Shown here one piece after another: positions 1-13,727 of a DNA stretch of 64,000 nt; positions within the stretch are counted from its first letter, which is position 1, and the number at the start of each line of letters is the position of its first letter. Source of the DNA: Vitrella brassicaformis CCMP3155 (Eukaryota; Protista; Chromerida); contig CDMY01000314.1 in NCBI GenBank assembly GCA_001179505.1, positions 61,453 through 125,452 on the forward strand. The letters run 5' to 3'. The notes beneath the pieces are model-generated. The model ran no database searches, had not been told where the DNA came from, and saw nothing but the letters and a program-made list of their open reading frames with translations. A program made the translations under genes and the position numbers.

Positions 1-3000
1 CCTTGACTTGGACATTGCCTTCGGGCCTCTCTTCAGACTCCGACGGATTATCGTTCGCCAGGTCGGGGGGGGGGGGGGNNNNNNNNNNNNNNNNNNNNNN
101 NNNNNNNNNNNNNNNNNNNNNNNNNNNNNNNNNNNNNNNNNNNNNNNNNNNNNNNNNNNNNNNNNNNNNNNNNNNNNNNNNNNNNNNNNNNNNNNNNNNN
201 NNNNNNNNNNNNNNNNNNNNNNNNNNNNNNNNNNNNNNNNNNNNNNNNNNNNNNNNNNNNNNNNNNNNNNNNNNNNNNNNNNNNNNNNNNNNNNNNNNNN
301 NNNNNNNNNNNNNNNNNNNNNNNNNNNNNNNNNNNNNNNNNNNNNNNNNNNNNNNNNNNNNNNNNNNNNNNNNNNNNNGGGGGGGGGGGGTGTGTGTGAG
401 GGTCGGGTGCGCGACGCGGAATGGCTTCATTTCATTCCACATGTGTGTGTAAATGTGTGCAGGTGCTGGAGTGTCTGCAACTCGATCAGCTGTCTGAGGC
501 ACTGTCTAGGGGCGGCAGCAACAGGCCGCTGGAGGAAACGGCTGCCAGTCTGCACAGAGAGGCCAAGCTAATCAAGGGCGACGAGACGCGTCAGACACTC
601 TGCTCGCGCTACTTGTGGTACACAATGGTGTATGCCCTTGAAGCCATTGTCAGGCAGATAGAGGTCCGTTTCATGCACAAGCGCGTACACACTTATCTGC
701 AGGGCTGGCTGTCTGTCCTTACTCCGCCTGTCTGGCTGCCTCTATGCTGGTAGGCTGACGGTGTGGCTTTCGTCAGAACGATGCAAGACATCCGCCGCCG
801 CATACAAGATCAGGACTTTTCGGGCGCAGCTGACGCCATTCTGCCGCCCCTGCCGTTCGCAGGCGACAGAACGGCAGGCGACAACTTCAATGACTTTGCC
901 CGCCAGGTGGTGGTCGCTCTGGTGCAACAAGGGCCGCCCGACTTCTCATACCTGGAGCCTCATCTGCAGACATATATGACCGGCTTCGCCCCAAGCGACC
1001 GGCTTCTAGACCTACAATGGTTCTTCCGTCTCCATCAAGGTCCCCTGAAGTCGCCGTCGCAACACGACACAGAGGACTCTTTTTACTTCGAATGGCATGT
1101 GACGTATCGCGACTACTTGCACCAGTGCGGCAGCACGGCCGCCACGGGCGGTCGGCGGCACGGCAGCTTCACTGTGAGTGGCGCGCCGGTCATCAACGGC
1201 ACCTACCTGCTCCGCCCGACAGAGCAAGAGCAGGAGACGCTACTCTATATTCATCCGGAGGCTGTCGCGTATGTGGGCGAGGACCTGGCATTCGAGCGGC
1301 TGGTGTACCCGCAAGCGGATGGCAGCATGGGAGGCTTCTGGATCGCCTGCACTCCGGATTTTGGCGACACAATCGGGCCCCTCTGTGCCTTCGCCCCATT
1401 CAAGAATGACGCTGTGAGCGGCTATAATCCTCTGCTCAGCCACCCCGCTGCGGCCAACCCCGCCTTCGAGACCAGCGAGTGGTTCACTGCCGACCAAGAG
1501 GGACGCATCAGCAGACTGGATGGCGTCAAGATGTCTTCCACTCTCCCGCTGACCTTCGATGTCCCCCGATCCGTCATTCCAGGCGTATCGAAGGTGGAAG
1601 GCACGGTGGAGGTCGATGTGTATCCGCGGGCCGACACAGCTGAGCCGCTGGCGTGCGAGTCGCTGGATGACTACTACACCCATCATCTGGCCAAGCTGGA
1701 GGTCAGCAAGGGAGCCGCCTTTCCCATGGCCTTCTATCTCGACGCCAACGTCATGGAGCAGCTGCCCCGATCGGCACGGCACACGGAGCGGCTCACGGGT
1801 GCAGGCCAGTCACCTGCAGGTTATACATCCGTGAGCACCGCCGAGACCATGGTGATCAAGAGAGGAATGGTCCGCCTGGCGGAGGAGTACGTCACCAAAG
1901 CCTTTACCGAGTGGCCCTTTGCCGCCGTGGTTGCCCTGTTGGCGACCGGATGGGAGGCGGCAGGGGGGCTGGTGTGCGTCCTGCGGGCCGAGTCGAGGAC
2001 ACAGACATGTTCTCGGTGCGGCAAGCCGTGTGCGGGCAGCTCAGGGGGCCCCGTGGATACCATTCCTCTGGTGCACACGCTCACCTGTGATGACCTCATG
2101 GACGATGCCATGATCGAGGAACACAAAAAGTACATCCGCGGCGCCGGAGCGGAGCTGTGTGTGTGGGGCGCTGGTGGGAGACCGACGTGTGGTGCCTGCC
2201 AGCTGGATTGTGTCGAGTCGTTGGCGAAGGAGCCGTCGAGGTGAGGTGTGCGATATATGCAAACAGAAAGGCACCCACCCAGCCAGCCACGGACTCACAT
2301 ATGAATGAATGAATGGCCACTGTCATGTGTGTCTAGGCCTGCTACTCCGGCGGATGTGCTGGACGTTTTCTCACGCCTCATGTCGTCCCCTTCTGAGACG
2401 GAGGCAGTCCCCACGCCCCAACCCAAGAGCGCGTCGAGTAGCAGCACCCCCTCCCGAGCTTCCCCGGCTGCCCCTGGGAGCATCTTCCGCGGCATCTTCA
2501 CGCCCAAGGACAAGACGACCAAACCCAAACCGCCCAAATCGACGCCCTTCACTCCGCAGCCCAAGCCGACGTCCACCCAGCCACCTACCACCGCCCAGCA
2601 CCACCACACCATCACAGTTGAGTCCATTCGTTCGGCCTTTCCCGACATTGCCACCGTCAGGTCGGCCACAGAGGGCGACAAACAGCCCCCGAGTGAGACG
2701 CTGGCCGTCGTGAAGGCCTTCCTGCAGTGTAGGGGAGGGGCGACGGAGGGCGGCGGTGAGTCGAGTCAGTGTGATGCGACCCAGGAGCGGGAGACTTACC
2801 TGCGGGCCGTCAAGAAGTTCTTCATGGACCACCGCACAGCGCTGCAAAGGTCACCCAACAGAATGGGCATCTCAACCACTGGGTAATTTGAGTGTCATGC
2901 GCTGTTTGTGTGTGTGCAGCGATCCGTCGGCGGTGTTTCCGTTGGGTCCGCTGCGGCATGTGCGTGGCGAGTGGCTGCCCCAGTGGCACACGACATTCGT

Positions 3001-5155
3001 CAGTGAGCTCAGCAAAGGCCAGCAGCTCATGCAGAAGGAACTCGGGGCCGCCACTACCAGGGGCCCTACCGACGGCAACAAGTGAGCCGCAGGGAGGGGC
3101 AAGGGCAGTTATGGAATCGTACTGGATGGTCTCGTTTGTTTGTTTGGTGTCGTCTGATCGCTTCCCTTTCGCGCAGTGCGTCAGCCACGGCCATTGCGGC
3201 GGATGACATGGGCTCAGGTGAGTCGTCGCCCCTCCCGTCGCCCACCGCGCATCGCGTATCTCCACAGATGGCTGGAGAGGCGTTTCCCAGGTGAGACTCG
3301 TCCGTCCATCCATAGCCGCACAGCACACAGGAACACTTAGTTGTGCGCTGTATCTACATGCATGTTTTTGTCTGCAGTGTGATGCGCTTGCCGTATGGTG
3401 GACGCGCGAGCACTGGGGGCGCCCGTGATGCGGGCAAAGAGGTGGCAGACAAGTGTGCCAGACTGGAGAAGCAGCTCGCTACGGCAGAGGAACAAGTCAA
3501 GACGGCCGTGGACGCACACACAACGGAGAAGAATGAGCTCAACCAGAACATCGAACGACTCCAAGACGATGTCAAAAGGTGGTCCGACAGAGAGAGTGGG
3601 AGAGGGACGGAGGGAGGGAGCTGGTCGGGGTGCAATCCATTCCATATTCCTCTCTGTGTGGGAGGGAATGTGTGTGTGCAGGTTGACCGATGAGTTGTCG
3701 GCGTCGAAGAGAACGGCCAAGAAGGAGAGAAAGGCCGCCGATGCGCAGCGCAGCACACTCGAGGACCTCATCAAAGACAAAGACAAAGAAATCAAACAGG
3801 CGCAAAAGACGTGAGCGCACACCAGCACACACTGACACGCCCATTCACCATCCCTTGTGTCCCCCCCTCCCCATTTGGTGTGTGTGCAGTGCCGACGATC
3901 GCGTGCGTCGAGTGAGCCAGCAGGTGCGTGAGGAGGCCGACAAGGCCGCCAAGACACACATGGACACCGTCACCAAGCAGCACGAAGAGGAGCTGGACCG
4001 ACTGCGTGGCGAGCACCGGTCGGCCATTTTGGAGGTGAGGGCGCAGCACCGGACGGCCATCGAGCAGCGAGAGACAGAGGTGCGGTGCGAGGCTGAGAGG
4101 GCCCTGGGCGACATGACGCGCGAGAGGGATCAGCTGAGGCAACGACTGAGGGAAGAACGACTCAGGTGAGGGGAAGGAGAGGACATGCAATCCGCCGACA
4201 GCTGCTGTCATATCACTCCGTTGTGTGTTGTGTGTTGATGTGTGTGTGCAGGTCAGCTCGTGTAGATCAGGAGAAGGACACCGAGCTGCGTCGGCTGCGC
4301 GAGGCGGAGGCGCCGCTGAGGCGGGAGAACCTCATGCTCAAACAGCAGCTGTCGGCACAGCCACCACACAGGTCAGCAACCAACCACACACACACACATA
4401 CACATCAACAGCAGCTGTGCACACGCCGCCATATGTGGTGCAGTCGTCTCAGTGGGGATGGTGTGTCGTCGATGGAGCTGCCTTCGGTGCGTCAGCTGCT
4501 CGATGACCTCGTCTCGGAGCAGGGCCGTCTCACCCAGCTGCACCAGACCGCCATCGAGCGACAGATACAGCTACTCCACCACCCGCAGTCCAGCCATGCA
4601 TCCTCATCGTCGTCAGCAGCAGCAGCTGCAAATCCCCCAAACCACACCACCGCCCCCTCTGTGCCCCTCTCCCTCTCCATGGATGACGCCAATGCCTCAC
4701 CAGCGGCAGCAGCGGCCGGCGGCAGCAGCTCGGCCCAGAGAAATGCGCCGTGTGCTGCGTCATCGTCCAGCAGTGGTGGCGGTGGTGGTGGGTCGAGTGC
4801 GGCCAGGTGTTCTGTGTGTCTGGTCAACCCGACTAACGTCATCTTGCTGCCGTGCGGCCACAAGGTGAGTGAGTCGGGGGGGAGAGGGCAGCGCATCCAG
4901 GTGCATGTCTGTGTCGTGCGTGTGTGTGTGTGTGTCAGGTGGTGTGTCAGGATTGTTTTGAGAAGTGGATGGCCCCCATGCCGGCACAAGACAAACTCTG
5001 CCCCGAACACACGTACGTCAGTCAGCGAGCAGGGTCATTTGCCTCACTGAGACACGCAGCCAGGGCTGTCCATTGGGGTGTGTATGTGTCTGTGCTGTGT
5101 GCCATGCGTCAGGTGTCGCCAGCCCTACTTCGAGGTGAAATACGTTTTTTGAGTG
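1..5155 (+). CDS. Family A copy 1 (5' end outside window): multi-exon gene, uncharacterised N-terminal domain with two CxxC pairs + Pro/Ser/Thr-rich linker + coiled coil + C-terminal C3HC4 RING (putative E3 ligase)
   Basis: Exons join in frame through GT-AG introns (e.g. 62-462 across the gap, 664-753, 2241-2337). Spliced C-terminus CSVCLVNPTNVILLPCGHK|VVCQDCFEKWMAPMPAQDKLCPEHT|CRQPYFEVKYVFE* (stop 5153-5155) has the RING-HC Cys/His pattern. Heptad-rich exons at 3380-4370. Colinear with the inverted paralog at 55850-62583. Confidence 0.8.
79..378. other. Scaffold gap (300 N) inside an intron, flanked by poly-G on both sides
   Basis: N run with G homopolymers at 65-78 and 379-390. Confidence 0.95.
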
Positions 5156-5397
5156 AGTGAGCGGTGCGTTTGCGTATTCCATGAGTATGTGAGTGACATT
5201 TATGAGAAGAGGGAACGAATGTCGATGTGACGCAACGGGCGAGCGAGACATCCATGCGTTCACCGGTCCATACGCCGCAGTGTGCGTTAGGATGTAAGTG
5301 AGTGTGTAGAGTAGGTCGGTCGACCATGTGTGGGAGATATGTCCTATACACTATCGTGGACGCTCGAAGCTCGCAGATCTTCCGTTGAAAGCCGTTG

Positions 5398-7601
5398 ATG
5401 CTGTGTGATATGGAGCTGGCTGTGAAGCCTAGACACGCGGCTACATCGCCTCAGCTGGACAGAGAAGGAACGGTTCCCCAACCACGGCGACACTCCGAAG
5501 AGGCCAAACGGGCAATCCATGCCACAGCACCGCCGTCGGTGGATGGGGAGGCTCCGCAGCTGAGTGAGGTGCAGCGGCTGGTGGAGGGAGACCTTCACGC
5601 CCTCAGAGACGAATGGCCCCAGATGTACACACCGCGAGAAAGGCCATTCCCCATACCACCGGGCAGTTCCGTGTTTTCGTGTGGTTTCGTGTGTGTCAGG
5701 GGGCTGTCATGGGAGCGTGAGCCTCCCACAACGTCTCCAACGCTCGACAGCCAAGAAGAAGTCACGCAGCAGCCTGATGGCGATGCCCACGCAGAGCCCG
5801 GCCCGGCGGGTGATGACTCAGCGGTCTGGTTCTACGCATACAAGCTGACAATAGGTACACTCATCGCAATGACGATGGTGCCTCAGTCGGACGGGAGACG
5901 GTGCGTTGTGTGTTTGTGTGCAGCTGTGGCGCCGTTGTCCCTCTATTCTGTGAGTGGTCTTGTGCCGACATGGCACCGAGAGGGCACATCGCTGCCCTTT
6001 CACCTGCACTTCCAAATCAGACTCGTCTTCCCCACAGGCAGGCAGTCAGGCAGGCAGTCAGGGGAGCAGGGGAGGGAGGCGCATATGCAGTGGATGCCCT
6101 GGCTACTGTGATGTCTCTGCAGGATACCCAGACGTGCCATTTGGAGCGGTGTTCCTGTCGCCCATCTATCACCCGATATTCCATGAAGGCTACGTGTTCA
6201 ATTTCCCCTACGACACAACGATCCGCCAATTTGCTCGAGCCGTACCCTTGACTTGCCGAGAGGAATTGCCGTATGACTGTAAGTATCGATGCTGTTGGTT
6301 GCAGGTGTACGCTCAGCTCTTGCGCCCGACATGGGTCCCAACGCTTTCATTCCGCCGCCACACCAACGATCCCCTTCTATCCCTTATGGGCCTTTCAATC
6401 CGGTCCCCGACATCAGACATGGTGCCGTCATCAGAAGGGCCTCAAGACGAAAATCCAATAGCCCGATCCTCACTGGCAGAGGACGTCTCTGGCCGAGCAT
6501 CTCCGCCTCCTCCTGTCCCTCCCCCCGCAGGGCCGCTCCTTCTCCCGCCCCCCGTGGCTGCCAGCCGGGCGACGTCGATGCAGGGGGCAGGCGAGAAGGT
6601 GCCGCAGAGGGCGAATGCCGCTCTGGATCGGTACATGCATCTCGCGGGTCCGGCAGAGGAGGGGCTGACGACGGATCAGGAGGGCAAGGAGCAGGAGGAT
6701 CCGTACTGGTGGATGTCGGAGCCTCTGATGACTGCTGCGGATGCCAGACACAGGTTAGGTGCGCGGGCGAGTAGGTGGGAGACAGACAGACACGAGATCA
6801 ACAGCATTAGTGAGGGGGTCTGGTGTGCATGTGTGTGGGTCAGGTATGCGACTCCCCTGCCTCCTTTCGGCGCTCCGTGGCGTCGGGCTGCTCTCAATTC
6901 CCTCAAGCTGCCCCTCACTGAGCTGACGGGTCCAAACGGTGTCAGAGAGAAAAGGTCGTCGTCGGCCAGCAGCCAGTCGGCCGTCAAGCGGAGGTCCCGC
7001 GTGGTCCAGATACTGCCGCACGACCAAGGCTTCTCCGTGCAGATCCTCCATGTGAGCAGACGGGAGATGTCTCTCTCTGTTGATATCTCATTGATTGACT
7101 TGTCCCTTGTCCTTGGTCATTCAGAGGAAGACAGACGATTCGCTTGACGAGAACGAGATGGACTCTGGCATGACCCCCGAAGTGGACGAGGCGACTAAGC
7201 GACTGCGGACTCTTGTCGACACCCTTAACTGGCTCGACAGCACCGAGCCCGACCTGCCGCCCCTCCAGACCCTCAAGCAGAAGAGACTCATCAACGACAT
7301 CGCCGCGTACGCAGAGACCAAAGCCAAGGACGCCAAGCGACGGAGTCAGAGTGCTGGTGGCAGCAGGGCCTCCAGCAAGGAGAGGCCGTCTGCGGCAGGC
7401 AAGGAGACCCCTTCGCCGATGCGTGAGTTCCTCATGTCAGAGGGTCTCATGCCCGGAATTCAGCACCGGAGACAGCCGACGGCGCGCGAGCGGCATGATC
7501 CGTGGGTGAGGCGACGGTCGAGATGGGATGGGCGGGGCGTGGACAAGGAGGCCGCCATGCTGCTCGTCGGGGAAGCGAAAGCGAAAACGAGTGCCAAGTG
7601 A
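5398..7601 (+). CDS. UBC-fold protein, probably a catalytically inactive E2 variant (UEV/RWD-like), with a low-complexity C-terminal region
   Basis: RLVEGDLHALRDEWPQ|GLSWE resembles E2 helix 1. Spliced FQIRLVFPTG|YPDVPFGAVFLSPIYHPIFHEG (intron 6038-6122, GC donor) matches the E2 motif F-x-L-x-I-x-FP-x-x-YP-x-x-P-x-V-x-F-x-x-x-IYHPN, but HPN is HPI and no catalytic Cys follows. Gene ends are approximate. Confidence 0.6.
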
Positions 7602-8066
7602 GAGACGTCGATCAGGGGAGGTCGTCACTGGACTGTCTGCTGGGCTTCAATGAAGCGAGGGGAAGTGGGGGAGAGGAGTCGTGGAGAGGGGCACTGCGTG
7701 GTGCGTGTGATGTGTGTGCCTGTCCGAGAGACATATCAGTGCACGTCAATAAAGGACATTTCATTCGTTCGTCACAGGCTGTGTCTCTCCCACGCCATGT
7801 CTGTCGGTGTGATATATATCATTCGGCATGGCGTGGCGTGGCGGGGCCTGCAGTGGAGTCTGTCGGTCGACCACACGACTGGTCCTATCGATCTGTCCTC
7901 TCTCTGAAGCTCGCTCACCCTCCTACGCGCAAAACGGGTGAGACGTCAGCCAGCCACTGCTGGCTGCTGCTCAGACTCAGACGGACAACCCGGGCAGGAG
8001 AGTAAGGAGTGGACACACTGGCAGACAGACGGGCAGACGGGCAGGCGTCAGGTCAGGTGGGCAGAC

Positions 8067-8132
8067 CATCCATCCATCCACTCGCTCATGCATCCATGCC
8101 ATCCATCCATCCACTCGCTCATGCATCCATGC
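8067..8132. repeat. Perfect 2 x 33-bp tandem duplication in the convergent intergenic/3'UTR region
   Basis: catccatccatccactcgctcatgcatccatgc occurs at 8067-8099 and 8100-8132. Confidence 0.9.
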
Positions 8133-8211
8133 AGGAAAAAATTAAAGGCGATATGTGGCTGCTGCTGCTAGTGTGGTGTGGTGGGGGTGATGTGGTGAGG
8201 TGGTGACTATC

Positions 8212-9560
8212 TCATATCATGCGTGTGGGGGAGATCGCCCGGCTGCGGGTCATCTGCAGGGAACCACGACGAAGAGAGGCGGCGGTGCAGGTGGGACAGA
8301 CACGTGGACTCGGTGTTTGGCAGTGTCTCACCCTCATGTTGTTCAAGGGGCGCGGGGCAAGGGGCTCCCTGAGGACATCAACCACATCACACAAAACGCA
8401 CAAACAGGCACGCTCTCACAGTGCTCCATCTCTCCCTCCCTCCCTCCCTCCTTGCTGAAGAGCCTACGCCTTGCTCGAGGGTCGCTGGTATGAGGGACCT
8501 GGTCAATCAATCACCGAGAAGCCAGCCAGTGTGTGTGTGTGTGTGTGATGTCACTGCACCACCGTTGAGACACTGACCCTTGGGAGGTTTGGGCGCCTTA
8601 GGGGGCAGGCCCGACTTGGCCGCCTTCTGGCGCTTGGCCGCCGTCTCCTCCCGAACCTTCAAAGCAGCCAACTCGTCAGCAGTCATCGATACGATCACTG
8701 GCACAAACAGAGAGAGAAAGAGACAGAGAGACACGAGCGGTCCATACGCACGTGAGATGACGCGTGAGTCTTACTCACTGGGGTCATATATGCTGCGCAT
8801 TCCCTCCCCAAGCCCACCACCGGCAGCAGCCCCAGCACCAGCACCAGCAATCTCCACACAAGCAGGCGACGACATGCGGCTGTCACCCCTCTCATAAGCG
8901 ACCCCTTGCTAGGTGTGGCAGCCCCGCCACCCAGCGCACCCGCAGCCCTCTCCAAATCGAACGCGACGGGCGTCAAAGCCCCGAACACAGGCGACTGTCG
9001 CACCTTGGGGCGCACCGAGACAGCGGTGCCTTCGGAGCGCCTGTTCCTCACGGGAACGGCCTTGGGTTCCACAGACATGGCGCGACGGTAGGCAACACCT
9101 CCACAGGGCGAGTACAAACCCGGGATATAGCGATTCTCACTCACAATCTTGACCACAGACTCTGCACAGACACAGAGACACACAAAAATTGCGAACTTGG
9201 GGGTGAATTGATGAGTTCTTCCACGGTTCCTGGCTTCCGTGAGGCTTGTGAGCCTATCTCTCATCCCACTCCATTCGTCTGAGTCCCATTCTGACTTCCT
9301 GTCCTTCTCCAAGCTCACTGCAGTGAGACGCATGCACCGTGCTGACCCTTTTTCTGCTGCTCCTCCTGCGCAGCGATGACAATAGGGGCCGGGCGGACCT
9401 CAACTACCCCAATGACATCCTTGGTGCGGTAGAAGGGCTCATAGGTCCCGGTGCGGGGTGGCGTGGCTCTCATGCGAGCAGACATACTCATATTACCGCG
9501 GCTGCCACTGTCAGGCTGAGCTGAGTCACGCTTCCTTTGGGGACGCTCCATTGGATGAGA
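8212..9560 (-). CDS. Hypothetical multi-exon basic/Pro-rich protein; structure uncertain
   Basis: Protein-like exons TYEPFYRTKDVIGVVEVRPAPIVIAAQEEQQKK, ESVVKIVSENRYIPGLYSPCGGVAYRRAMSVEP and MTADELAALKVREETAAKRQKAAKSGLPPKAPKPPKG bounded by plausible splice sites. No family recognised. Confidence 0.4.
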
Positions 9561-9799
9561 ACGAGTGGCAGTAATGAGGTAGAACGCCGAACGACAAGTG
9601 AGACGGCGCCTAGATCGCTCGCCTGTAAACACATGCATCTTTCCTCCATTCCATCTGCAGCCGACAAGACTTCGTTTGCAGACAACACTCGTCGTCCCAA
9701 GATTTAATGCACTGTCAGCCACGTCACGCTGCTGAAGCGTCGCTCACTTTGCCTCAGATCGACACATGCAGCCATTGATGGATCTCCCTCCCACCACGT

Positions 9800-13384
<3,585 letters not shown>

Positions 13385-13727
13385 CAGGCCTCAGATCTCC
13401 CAATTCGTTGCCGAAAACAGTGTCAGTCGATGCCAGCCTGCAGAAAAGAGAGAATAAGTTGCACACGTTGTGTGTACATGCAAGGCAGTTTTGTGTGTGC
13501 TGTGTCCTTCTCCTTGCCTTTCCTCTCCCTCTTCCTGCTTCGGATGCGAGCTTAGCTTTCCATAACTATACCTACCAACTCTCTTTATCGGCACCGGCCC
13601 GGCCTGGAAGGAAGGAGGGCTGTGTGGGACTTCTCATCCTCTGCCACAAGAGGTGCTGCTCGAGGTTGAGGGGGGGTGCCCTTGCCGTGTGGATGCTCGA
13701 AGATCTGTGACGGTCTCTCATCGGGCG

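Noticed and set aside
8507-8700. TMA7-like small protein (Lys/Ala/Pro-rich ORF)
   Set aside because: Only compositional similarity; it appears to be an internal exon of a larger hypothetical gene.
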